A stretch of DNA of 59,759 nucleotides, the filler included. It is 7 parts of 7 records of this genome, joined end to end, with 100 filler letters (N's around TTAATTAATTAA, not from the genome) between each part and the next. Parts side by side here need not be neighbours in the genome. Positions count along the whole stretch, not along the records: positions 46,807 to 52,798 come from SRR31147125_49059; positions 52,899 to 59,759 come from SRR31147125_49069; 5 more parts are not named here. The stretch is one strand, 5' to 3'. The translations under genes were made by a program, and so were the position numbers. The notes under the pieces were generated by a model, which was not told where the DNA came from, ran no database searches, and was given only the letters and a program-made list of their open reading frames with translations. Below are positions 50,757 through 59,759 of the stretch, piece after piece. The stretch's first letter is position 1, and each line of letters begins with the position of its first letter.

Positions 50757-52148
50757 TTATTCAGTAAATAATTTATCAAGGGCAATTTTTGAATTCACCA
50801 GTTCGAGTATGGCATTGTTGTGTTCCGATTCGGCAGCCAGGTATTGATTGTATGCTTGCAGTAATTCCATGTTCGACGAAATACCTTCCGAAAATTTCAT
50901 GCTGGTATTTTGATAAATCCGCTTTGCCAAATCCAAACTTGTTTTTTTGTTATCCAGGATAAGCAGGGCATTGGTGAAATTTGTTTTGGTATTTTTTTCT
51001 TCAATGCTGAGGCCTTTTTGTAATTGATCATCCAGCACTTTTACTTTTTCTAGATTTAGTTTAGCCTGTTGAACTTTTGAACTTCTTGATCCACTGCTAA
51101 AAATAGGGATGTCGATTTGAAAACCCCATAAAGTAGTCGGGAACCATTCTTCGTTTTTCGAGAAAAAATTGTACTTGTCGCGCATGGCATTCGTTTGTGC
51201 CGTGAAAAAACCGGAAACTACTGGTAGGTAAGTTGCCTTTTCATTTTTAAGAGACAGAGTGGACAAATCGATTTGGTTTTGCATGATTCGATAATCGATA
51301 TGATTTCTTATATCAAAATCTGTAGTCACCAAAGAAGCATCGGAATATTCACCTAAAAGATTGTTGATGCCATCGCTAAGTTGGATTCCTTGATTGATAT
51401 CGTAACCCATCAGCAATTTCAAATAGTATCGCGAAATAATAATTTGATTGTTGACGTAAACGAGGGTTGCTTCCAAATCCTTTACCATCAAATTAAGTTG
51501 GTCAACATCCAGTTCTTCGATAAAACCTTGCTTGTGAATTTCGGCAGTTTCGTTGGCCATATTTTTCAAACTACTCAAGGTGCTGTCCAAAACGACTTTA
51601 TTTTGTTCTGTTGTCAAAACCAAAAAATATGCTTTCGAAACCTGTTCACGGGTTTCGATATTGCTTTTGATCAACTGCACTTCCGATTGCTCAAGGTAGG
51701 CGCGTGCCGCTTGTAATCCTACTATGTACGAACCATTAAAAATGAGCTGTGCCACTGATAGTTCAGCTGTTGCATTGTGCTTGGTTCCGAATTGCGCCGG
51801 AAAAAATAGCGCATCACCCAAAGGGTTTGTAGGTGTTAATCCGAAATCGTCTTCATTTACCTGATGAATTACTGGTGTAAGAAAATCAGGCATGAGGGTG
51901 GTCGGGATATCGATATAATTCGTGTTCGATAATTTTCCGTTTACCTGGGGCAATCCGATCGCTGTAGTTTCATGAATTTTTTTACGGGCGATCTCAATAT
52001 CGGTTTGTGCATTTCTAACATCGTGGTTGTTTTCTAATGCAAAAGTCACGGCTTCTTCAAGTGTAAACGAAACCTTGTCTTGCGAATTTGCCAGCGTGCT
52101 AAACGACACAACGGCAATAAGGAGTAAAATTAAACGAATGTTTTTCAT
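50757..52148 (-). CDS. TolC-family outer membrane efflux protein
   Basis: Signal peptide. FTLEEAVTFALENN, GLPQVNG, YLPVVSG, IPIFSSG. Upstream of the MFP and RND genes. Confidence 0.9.
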   Translation of the reverse strand: MKNIRLILLLIAVVSFSTLANSQDKVSFTLEEAVTFALENNHDVRNAQTDIEIARKKIHETTAIGLPQVNGKLSNTNYIDIPTTLMPDFLTPVIHQVNEDDFGLTPTNPLGDALFFPAQFGTKHNATAELSVAQLIFNGSYIVGLQAARAYLEQSEVQLIKSNIETREQVSKAYFLVLTTEQNKVVLDSTLSSLKNMANETAEIHKQGFIEELDVDQLNLMVKDLEATLVYVNNQIIISRYYLKLLMGYDINQGIQLSDGINNLLGEYSDASLVTTDFDIRNHIDYRIMQNQIDLSTLSLKNEKATYLPVVSGFFTAQTNAMRDKYNFFSKNEEWFPTTLWGFQIDIPIFSSGSRSSKVQQAKLNLEKVKVLDDQLQKGLSIEEKNTKTNFTNALLILDNKKTSLDLAKRIYQNTSMKFSEGISSNMELLQAYNQYLAAESEHNNAILELVNSKIALDKLFTE

Positions 52149-52780
52149 TTGTTATTTAATTGTATTTGTAATTTGTGTTTTTCAATTTTGTTTTCATAAT
52201 ACTCGAGTCCTTTTTTATTTGCGATGCCACGGATGAGGTGGTCGAACATAAAATCGAACAAAGTATCGTATGAGAATTGTTCGGGCGGGAAAAATTCCGG
52301 ATTGTGCATGTCAATCAAACGGCTGATGTAAAGCCGCGAAACGAGTTCGATGCTTAAATCTTTCCGGTATAATCCCTGATCAATTCCCTTAGTGAGGTTA
52401 ATTTTAATTTTGTCGGATATAAATTGTTGTCGGGTTTCAAAGTGTTGCTGATAAAGTGCGGGGTAGTATTTGTTCAGCTCATAAGTTAAAGATGGGTTAA
52501 CATCTTTAAATCGTAAAGCCACTTCTTTACCTACCGTAAGCAAAATATCGATGGCATTAACTCCTTCGAAGTTATAATCGTCAAAAATTGATTTGAAGCG
52601 TTCGCGTTCAAACTCCAAAAGTTTGGCAACGAAATCACTTTTACTTTTGATGTATTTATTAAAGGCAGGTTTTGAAATTTTAAGCTCTGAGCGTATCTCT
52701 TCCAGCGACATACGTCGAATACCATAAGTGAACGAAAGATCTCTCGCCTTCTCCATTATTAGTTGTAAATCCTGTTTCAT
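52145..52780 (-). CDS. TetR-family regulator with divergent HTH
   Basis: YGIRRMSLEEIRSELKISKPAFNKYIKSK. C-terminal GIDQGLYRKDL...HLIRGIANKKG parallels the downstream TetR. Confidence 0.8.
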   Translation of the reverse strand: MKQDLQLIMEKARDLSFTYGIRRMSLEEIRSELKISKPAFNKYIKSKSDFVAKLLEFERERFKSIFDDYNFEGVNAIDILLTVGKEVALRFKDVNPSLTYELNKYYPALYQQHFETRQQFISDKIKINLTKGIDQGLYRKDLSIELVSRLYISRLIDMHNPEFFPPEQFSYDTLFDFMFDHLIRGIANKKGLEYYENKIEKHKLQIQLNNK

Positions 52781-52798
52781 GTTGAGGGATGTTTTTTT

Positions 52799-52898
52799 NN
52801 NNNNNNNNNNNNNNNNNNNNNNNNNNNNNNNNNNNNNNNNNNTTAATTAATTAANNNNNNNNNNNNNNNNNNNNNNNNNNNNNNNNNNNNNNNNNNNN
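52799..52898. other. Artificial contig spacer
   Basis: 44 N + TTAATTAATTAA + 44 N. Confidence 0.99.
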
Positions 52899-52899
52899 A

Positions 52900-52937
52900 C
52901 CGCTTCGCTGAGTACGTGTACGAGTACGCTGAAGCGG
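52900..52937. repeat. Short hairpin enclosing a G(A/T)GTAC hexamer triplet at contig start
   Basis: CCGCTTC...GAAGCGG inverted arms flanking GAGTAC-GTGTAC-GAGTAC. Confidence 0.45.
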
Positions 52938-53009
52938 GTCCGGTTTCAATGAACGCGTAATTCAAACGTGAGGTTGAAAAGATGGCAGCAGAGAGAAACG
53001 GGAAGTAGA

Positions 53010-53783
53010 ATGATGCCTGATCATCCAAAAGCCGTCATCGCCGATGACGAGGCCCAGTTGCGTGTCTATTTGAAGGCGTTATTGGCTGAGGCATGGCCTG
53101 AGCTTGAGATTTGCGCCGAGGCGACTAACGGTCGGGAGGCGGTGGAGGCAGTCGAGAGGTATAAACCGCAGATCGCGTTTCTGGATATTCGCATGCCAGG
53201 TCTGACCGGCATGCAGGTCGCCGATAAGATCGCCACCGCATGCCATATCGTTTTCGTGACCGCTTATGATGAGTATGCAGTGGACGCGTTCGAGAAGGAG
53301 GCGGTCGACTACCTGCTCAAGCCGGTGGCCAAAGATCGGCTTCAGCAAACCGTGGCGCGCCTTAAAAAGGAACTGGTCGAAAATTTTGCTCATCCCGAGC
53401 ACCCCCCGGATTGGATGCAGCACCTCATCGAACGCGTGGCCCCATCGGCCGGCGCGTCATTTCTGCAATGGCTGCGCGTGCAGCATCGAGACGGTGTCCA
53501 GTTGATCGCCGTGCAGGATGTGATCTATTTCCAGGCCAGCGACAAGTATACGACGGTCATCACCGCCTCGGGCGAGTCGCTCATCCGCAAAAGCATCCGC
53601 GAGCTTGCCGCAGAGCTGGATCCCGACTGTTTCTGTCAGGTCCATCGCGGCACCATCGTCAATCTCACCCATATCGACAAGGTGAGCCGTTCGCTCACCG
53701 GGCGGGGCGTCATTAGACTGAAAGGGCGGACGGAAACGCTCACCGTCAGCCGTTCCTATCTGCACTGCTTCAAGCAGATGTAG
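53010..53783 (+). CDS. LytTR-family response regulator
   Basis: Receiver domain IADDE, FLDIRMPG, FVTAYD, DYLLKP. LytTR domain YFQASDKY, FCQVHRGTIVN, VSRSY. Confidence 0.93.
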   Translation: MMPDHPKAVIADDEAQLRVYLKALLAEAWPELEICAEATNGREAVEAVERYKPQIAFLDIRMPGLTGMQVADKIATACHIVFVTAYDEYAVDAFEKEAVDYLLKPVAKDRLQQTVARLKKELVENFAHPEHPPDWMQHLIERVAPSAGASFLQWLRVQHRDGVQLIAVQDVIYFQASDKYTTVITASGESLIRKSIRELAAELDPDCFCQVHRGTIVNLTHIDKVSRSLTGRGVIRLKGRTETLTVSRSYLHCFKQM

Positions 53784-56084
53784 AGGGCGCCTTTGGGGCG
53801 GCTTGAGCCAGCTGTCCTTTTCGTCGTCGGCCAGTATGGCGGATAGTGGTGCGGCTGCGCGATACCCCAGTTCCCGATAGGCGTCGAACTGGTTCTCGTC
53901 GAAAAACTGATCTCCGGTGGTCTGGTCCGGAAAACTGGCGTGGCGTGCACGATAACCGTAAAGATCCGCCGGCAGATCGGTGAGCAGGGTGGATTTGATC
54001 AGGTAGATACGGCCCACTTTGGCCGGATGTTGTTCGTCTGTCTTTGGGTACTCGATGGTGCCGCAGGCGTAGCTCTTCTCAGCAAGATCGAACTTCTCGG
54101 CAAAAGCATCGTCCTCCTTGCACGAAGATGGCAACATACTGCCGAGCTGTTCGTGCTCCGGCCGGAACCGGATATAGGCGCCAAAATCGGCACGAACCCT
54201 TTCGATGGCATTGGCCAGATCCCCGAATGTAAAATCCTTGTCGGCACTGCCGTCGGAAACGATGATCGTGTCCACCCGTCTGCGCACCAGTTCATAGATG
54301 CCCAGGTTCTCATAGTGGCCGCCGTCGGAGAGTTCGATGAACTTGTTCGTCTCGCTGTGCCCGCCACATCCGATCAGGCTGCAGAGACCAGGGCTGATCA
54401 GGTTGGGCGTCCGCTTCGGAGCCCCTTTAGAGGGATTGGTGGCCCAGAAACCGAGACGTAGGTTGAAGAAGGTCATGATGAACGAAACGAAGCGGTCACA
54501 GGTCGGTCCGGCGCCGGACTGTCCTGCGTGGGGATTGAGGGCGGCCCCCGAGGTGGACATGGCCGTGGCCAGTGTCATCCCGGCCGTCCGGTCGCTTTTC
54601 GTTTTCATGAATTGTGAGGTCCCACGGAAACCGGTGGCTTCGCTGCCGCAAAATAGCGGAGACAGCAAAAAACAGTCTCCCCGGCGATTTTTGTATTTTT
54701 TCTTCGTTCCCCTGAAGAGGATGATGTTGGTGTTGATCAGATGATAGGGTTTCCGGATTTTTGGGGTGCCCTCGTTCAATCCAACATCCTCTTCGAGGCA
54801 CATGGTCTCCAGAAGGGTCGTGTGGGCTGACGAGGCTTTTCCCCAACGGTTTTCGGCAACTGCTTCATCGCCGGGCAGGAAGGTCTCCATCAGACGGTCA
54901 CGGTAGTAGCTGCCCAGTGTTGAATCGTTCATGTTGATCAGCCATCCTGACACTGCAGCGAAAAGGGCAACCGCAACAAAATAGAGCACAGGGCGGCCGG
55001 TGGCCTCTACGTCGGCTGAAGGGGGCATTCCGATAGCGTTAATACTCACATGGTAGGCGACGGTTAACAGGGAGAAAACAAACAATATGGCGCCGGCGCG
55101 GAAAAGGATATTGCCGATCCACGCTTTTTTAAAAAGGTCGGTCTTCCCGAGAAATGTCCTCATCTTGGCCAAAGCCGCCCATACACCTGAAATATATCCT
55201 ACAAAACCGAGCAGTTTGATATTTTCGGATACGGTCGCCTGGACGATGGGGACAGCTGCAAGAACCGCGGCGGAGATGAACATCGCCAGAAGTGTGCCCT
55301 CTATCTTCCTTTGGAAGAATAGTCGCAGTTCGTAGCCCTTGGTGTTGAACTGTGGGGATATACGTATGATGCACAGCGTAACATAAAAGAAGAACGCCGC
55401 CCCTATGGCAAGAATTGGGATAACAACCATCAACGCTTTGGCGAACCGGAAGAGGGCGTGGCTTTGCCAGGGGGTTTCCACGCTTTGGTTGTCGGGGACG
55501 CTTTGGGCTGTAGAAATATGGTCGACGATTCGATCGGAAACCTGCAGAATACCTTCAGCAGTGGTAACGACTGGTGAAAGTTGGGTCACTGCCATCAGCG
55601 CGGTGAGCGCCACAAGCAGAATCGCAAAGTAGACGAGCACCGAAACCACCAGGCTGCGGATCAGCATCGCAATGGTAGATATCGGGTTTAAACCGTTGCC
55701 GGGAAAAAGGTAGTTGCCGTGCTGGCGCAGAAACGAGATGAAGTCGGAACGGCTTGCAGGGTCACTGTCTTTTTTACCGAATGGATCGCTATCATCGAAA
55801 AAGCGACCGTTTTTCCCCGGGTGTCGTTTGCGAAACCATGTCAGTGCGGATCCGATATAGCCACCACCAGATACGGTAGAGAGGTAGTCCGCGCGGTGCA
55901 ATATGCGGTATGCCATAAGCGCCTGAAGAACCCCCAGCCCGAATGAGGCGCTGCGGATACCGCCACCTGAAATGGCGATCCCGAGCGTTTTGTCGCCATC
56001 GGAAATTCCAAGCGCAGCTCGCTCTTTTTGCAGAACATTCGCAAAGGACACCGAAGCATTATTGTTGCCGTTATCCCCTGACAT
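53770..56084 (-). CDS. Membrane-embedded patatin/cPLA2-like phospholipase (ORF as sequenced runs on to 53457)
   Basis: Oxyanion GIAISGGGIRS, nucleophile LSTVSGG, several TM helices, YRDRLMETFL, catalytic LSDGGHYENLG, FPDQTTGDQFFDENQFDAYRELG. The 3' end is uncertain. Confidence 0.8.
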
Positions 56085-56096
56085 GAAATCTGCCTC

Positions 56097-57710
56097 CTAT
56101 TCGAACAGCATTTCGAGATAATCTTTGGCAATGGGGTCGATGCCCTCGAACTGATGGTCGGCGTCGTCGTTGCGCCGGGCGATCTGAGCCCTAAGGCGGT
56201 CTGCAACCTTCTTGCCCAGCTCGACGCCGAACTGGTCGAACGAGTTGATGCCCCAGATAAACCCTTCGTAGACGGTGCGGGCTTCATAGAAGCTGAGCAA
56301 CCTGCCGATGTTGATCGGTTCGAGATCTTCGAGCACGATAATCGAAGAGGGGCGGTTGCCGCTGAACTGCTTTGCCCACTCCTCATGGTCGCGCCCTTCG
56401 GCAAGGGCCGTGGCCTGTGCCAACAGGTTGGCCCACAGCTCCTGGTGGTTGGTGACGCCTTTGGAGCGGGCCGTGTATTGGGTGTACTGGGGATTGCGGA
56501 CACCGATGAAATCAATGGGGAAGGGGGGGCCCTGGTGGGCGAGTTGGAAAAAAGAGTGTTGGGCATTGGTGCCCGGTTCACCGAAGATGACCACACCGGC
56601 GGGATTGGGAAGGGGGTGGCCTTCTATATCAACCGCCTTGCCGTTGCTTTCCATGTTAAGCTGCTGAACATGGGGTGCCAGTTTGGAGAGTGGCGAAGCG
56701 TAGGGGATGATCGCCTGTTGGGGATAGTTGAGGTAGGAGGTGTTCCAGACCGAGAGCAGCGCCGCCAACAGCGGCAGGTTTTCTGATGGCGGGGCATTGC
56801 GGGCATGCTCATCCATTTCGGCGGCTCCCTGAAGGAAGGACTCGAAGCGGTCGTGGCCGAGCAGCAGGCTCAACGGCACACCTCCAACGGCTGAGGTCAC
56901 GCTGTAACGGCCACCGATGTAATCGAACATGTGAAAGGTCTGCAGCACCGGGCGGTCGGGATCGTCTCCGGGACTCCCTTTGGCGGTTACGGTGACCGTG
57001 TGTTTGGCCGGGTCGATACCTTGGTCGCGCATGAACTGCTCCGCCAGGTTGGTGTTTGCCGAGGTCTCGGCAGTGGTATAGCTCTTGGAAATGATAACCC
57101 AAAGTGTCGTCTGGGGATCGATGGTCTGAACCACTGCGCCGAAATTGTGAACATCCACGTTGGCGAGATAGTGAATGCTGATCTGCTTGTCGGCAAATGC
57201 CGCCAGGGCGGTGGAGACGAATTCGGTTCCCAGGTATGATCCGCCGATACCGATCACGACCACATGGCGGAAAGGCTTACCGCTGCCGCTTTTCAGTTCG
57301 CCTGTGTGGATTTTTCGGCTGAACTGTTTGATCTGTTCGCGTACGGTGCGGATATCGGGCATGACATCCTGCCCGTCCACGAGGATCGGCTCGCCGCCGA
57401 AGTGGCGTGAGGCAGTGTGCAGGACGGCACGACCCTCCGTTACATTGAGCTTGTCGCCGCTGCACATACGGGCAAATCGGTCGCGCAGGCCGAGTTGCGC
57501 GTCCAGGGCGGCAAGATCCGCCATGACGGCACTGTCCAGGCGCTGCCGGGCGTAATCGAGAAAAAGGCCGCCGCCGGTGGCGGAGAACGCCTCGAAACGA
57601 CCCGGATCGGACAGTAGCTGTTTCAGATGTTTCTCCGGGCGCTGCATCTCAGCGGCACGGCTTTTGAGTTTGCTGTGAAGGTCCAGTTGGTCTAATCGAT
57701 AGGCAGTCAT
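56097..57710 (-). CDS. pgi: Glucose-6-phosphate isomerase
   Basis: NVTEGRAVLH, GIGGSYLG, ISKSYTTAET, GGRYSVTS, QQLNMESNGK, GTNAQHSFFQ, NSFDQFGVELGK. Confidence 0.97.
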   Translation of the reverse strand: MTAYRLDQLDLHSKLKSRAAEMQRPEKHLKQLLSDPGRFEAFSATGGGLFLDYARQRLDSAVMADLAALDAQLGLRDRFARMCSGDKLNVTEGRAVLHTASRHFGGEPILVDGQDVMPDIRTVREQIKQFSRKIHTGELKSGSGKPFRHVVVIGIGGSYLGTEFVSTALAAFADKQISIHYLANVDVHNFGAVVQTIDPQTTLWVIISKSYTTAETSANTNLAEQFMRDQGIDPAKHTVTVTAKGSPGDDPDRPVLQTFHMFDYIGGRYSVTSAVGGVPLSLLLGHDRFESFLQGAAEMDEHARNAPPSENLPLLAALLSVWNTSYLNYPQQAIIPYASPLSKLAPHVQQLNMESNGKAVDIEGHPLPNPAGVVIFGEPGTNAQHSFFQLAHQGPPFPIDFIGVRNPQYTQYTARSKGVTNHQELWANLLAQATALAEGRDHEEWAKQFSGNRPSSIIVLEDLEPINIGRLLSFYEARTVYEGFIWGINSFDQFGVELGKKVADRLRAQIARRNDDADHQFEGIDPIAKDYLEMLFE

Positions 57711-57729
57711 GGTAAAAGTCCTATGTCCA

Positions 57730-58367
57730 TTATGGCGTTGGGATGCCAGCCAGGGCATCGTATACATCGTTAACCATTTGGGCTGAAATCTGGGCTGCAG
57801 CCTCGCTCATGGCTTCGGCCAGGGCAGCGGGCGTTTTTGCGGTGCACTCCCTCATTGCGGCATAACTCTTTTGAAAGATAACGCGACGCGAAACATCCGT
57901 CTCCCTGGCATCCATCAGGGTGATATTCAGCTTAAGTGCAGCCTGCCCTCGGGAAGTAAAATCCTCTTCGAGAAAGGTCTCGACCCAGCCTTTGATCGTG
58001 TGACTCGGCAGCACGGTGGCATCGGGCGGCAGTACCGCCCTGAACACTTCACTGCTGCGAAGATCCCGGCCGAGAAAAAAAGCGAGCATCTCTCCCGGTG
58101 CTGCAATCCACTGGAAATGGGCATAGGCGTTGCGGTGCAGACCTTTGTCGGCATAGATGATCCGTTGGGTGTGAAAGGGTGGGGTGGCGGCAAAGCGGTC
58201 GACACGCAGCACATACGGCAGTTGCGAATGCGCCATCGGAGCGGGCGAGGTGTAGTCCAGGGTGTAGTAGTAAGTCGGCTTGTCGCCCTTGGCGCCGGCG
58301 CAAGCCGTCAGCATGACGAGGACAGCTATCAGGGGAAGGCTGCCCTCAAGTGGTTCGGCCATTTCAT
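57730..58367 (-). CDS. PqiC-like ABC-type transport auxiliary lipoprotein
   Basis: Lipobox LTAC then YYTLDY, IIY...QWIAAPGEML. The likely true start is ATG 58367 (MKWPNHLRAAFP, after an AAGGAG RBS) with an indel in a C-run. Confidence 0.78.
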
Positions 58368-58386
58368 CTCGGGACGTATGCTCCTT

Positions 58387-59400
58387 TTACGGTGCTGACG
58401 GTTTCTCCTCGGGCGGATCGCTGAAGACGAGCTGGGATGGCTCGGACGCGACCCGCTCCAGGAATTGGTTCAAGGTGTCGCTGGCACGTTCGATGCGATT
58501 CAGGGTCAATGTGATCCGGCGTTGGACGGCATCAACGTTGCGGTCCGTGTTCTCCAGCATGATGGCAGCGTTTTGCATGGCCCGTTTGACCTCCAGGGCG
58601 GAGGCCTTGAGGTCCTTGGTGACCGACTGAATATCGCTTCCGCTCGATTCGATCACCCCATCGAGCCTCCCCACGGTCTGCCGGATATCGCTGATGCCGC
58701 CGTCTGCGTTGAGTGCCATCTTGTTGATACTGTCCGAGGTCTGTTCGAACGAGCTCAGCATGTTATCCAGTTTCTCTGCGGCCAGAATTTTCTGCAGGTT
58801 TTTAAGTGTATCGCGAACATCGGCAACCATCGCATCCAACTGGGCGTCGTCCAGGGTCCGATTGACCTTTCGCAATGCCTGAGTCAACTCATCCGAGATG
58901 GTTTTGGTGTCCAGTGCCCTGAAGATGGCGAACATGTCCTCAAGGCCTTTGAAGAATTTGCTGATCTCCGATGGGCGGGTGGGTACCACGGGATAAGGCG
59001 GCTGAAGGTTTTCAGAAGGATAGATCAGGGGCTCGTCCCCTTTATTCCGTTCGAGTTCAATGAACATCAGGCCCGTGATGCCGACAGACTTGAGCTGGGC
59101 CACAATCTGCTTACCGGCCAATCCGTTAGGCTGCAAATCGGATTCGATCTTCATCACCACTTCGATGAGGCGCTCATCGGCGGCCACACCAATGCCGTGG
59201 ACGCGTCCGATGTAGACGCCCCTGTATTTGACAGGCGAATCCTTGTCCAGCCCCTGCACCGACTCATCGAAATAGGCGACAAAGAGGCGCCCCTTTTCGA
59301 GGTAGTTGGACATGCCAAGCCAGATGATGCCGATGACGATAATCGACAGACCGAGAATCAGAAAGAGACCGACACTGAATTTTGTTCTTAACGTGGCCAT
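58387..59400 (-). CDS. mlaD: MlaD/MCE-domain protein with long helical C-terminus
   Basis: N-terminal TM, FDESVQGLDKDSPVKYRGVYIGRV, GITGLMFIEL, coiled-coil tail. Confidence 0.88.
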   Translation of the reverse strand: MATLRTKFSVGLFLILGLSIIVIGIIWLGMSNYLEKGRLFVAYFDESVQGLDKDSPVKYRGVYIGRVHGIGVAADERLIEVVMKIESDLQPNGLAGKQIVAQLKSVGITGLMFIELERNKGDEPLIYPSENLQPPYPVVPTRPSEISKFFKGLEDMFAIFRALDTKTISDELTQALRKVNRTLDDAQLDAMVADVRDTLKNLQKILAAEKLDNMLSSFEQTSDSINKMALNADGGISDIRQTVGRLDGVIESSGSDIQSVTKDLKASALEVKRAMQNAAIMLENTDRNVDAVQRRITLTLNRIERASDTLNQFLERVASEPSQLVFSDPPEEKPSAP

Positions 59401-59759
59401 AGGCGCCTTTGGGATATGTTCGCTTGTCGGTTGAAAAACTGTCTCACCACCGGATTGGGGCTTTTCTCCTTGAGCTCGTTGGGATCTCCCTGGGCCACCA
59501 CACCCTTAGCCGATTTATCCAGCATAATGATGCGATGCGCAACCTTAAAGATGATGTTGAGCGAGTGGGTGATGATCACCATGGTCGTTCCGATGCTGTG
59601 GTTGATGCGCATCACCAGCTCTTCTATCTCGGCGGAGATTACAGGGTCCAGGCCGGCCGTGGGTTCGTCGAGAAAGAGAATTTCTGGGTTGAGCGCAAGC
59701 GCCCGTGCCAGGGCGGCGCGCTTGATCATGCCCCCGCTCAGTTCGGACGGCAGATGACT
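59388..59759 (-). CDS. mlaF: MlaF/Ttg2A-like ABC ATP-binding protein, 3' part only
   Basis: PSELSGGMIKRAALARALALNPEILFLDEPTAGLDP, IITH, VRQFF. Adjacent to the MCE gene. Confidence 0.85.
   Translation of the reverse strand, partial: SHLPSELSGGMIKRAALARALALNPEILFLDEPTAGLDPVISAEIEELVMRINHSIGTTMVIITHSLNIIFKVAHRIIMLDKSAKGVVAQGDPNELKEKSPNPVVRQFFNRQANISQRRLWPR

Noticed and set aside
20593-52898. Recurring TTAATTAATTAA flanked by N runs as a biological repeat or CRISPR-like array
   Set aside because: It has a fixed 44N-12-44N structure with six-frame stops, which marks a synthetic contig linker.
52843-53028. Short minus-strand ORF running into N bases
   Set aside because: It is produced by the hexamer repeat and the spacer and has no coding evidence.
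53457-56084. Patatin as a CBASS or other anti-phage effector
   Set aside because: No CD-NTase or other defence gene is nearby, and the architecture differs from the soluble CapV type.
58465-59391. 308-aa plus-strand ORF antisense to mlaD, and similar shadow ORFs over pgi, patatin, the SBP and the permeases
   Set aside because: They lie opposite well-supported genes, lack recognisable motifs, and are expected in GC-rich coding DNA.

Overview
This window is not one genomic locus. It is seven unrelated contigs joined by an artificial 100-bp spacer (44 N + TTAATTAATTAA + 44 N). Taxonomic assignments are inferred from gene content and composition. (1) 1-20592: Bacteroidota-like Wzx/Wzy surface-polysaccharide locus with wza/SLBB, wzz, two wzx, wzy, several glycosyltransferases, wcaI and rfbA, plus a sulfation module (cysQ, cysC, DUF2061, sulfotransferase), two FkbM-type methyltransferases and an ATP-grasp ligase. 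(2) 20693-26121: Bacteroidota-like contig with MFS permease, ThuA-domain protein, lipase lipoprotein, sulfatase and a XylF-like binding protein. (3) 26222-32924: Clostridia-like LysR regulator divergent from a sugar-type ABC operon. (4) 33025-40761: glycan-modification cluster (GT4, GT2, FkbM, deacetylase, acyltransferase, epimerase). (5) 40862-46706: Clostridia-like contig in which an IrtAB/YbtPQ-like ABC half-transporter overlaps a minimal SufC/SufB (SmsCB-type) Fe-S scaffold pair, followed by an SLH-GH18 hydrolase. (6) 46807-52798: Bacteroidota-like TetR-TolC-TetR-MFP-RND efflux operon. (7) 52899-59759: GC-rich, Desulfobacterota-like contig with mlaF-mlaD-pqiC-like-pgi-membrane patatin, convergent with a LytTR regulator. 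Many genes are split by single-base indels, mostly in homopolymer runs, which points to sequencing error rather than pseudogenes. I saw no rRNA, tRNA, CRISPR array or intact transposase. The best candidates for novel biology are the ABC importer-SmsCB operon and the sulfated/methylated/amidated capsule locus.
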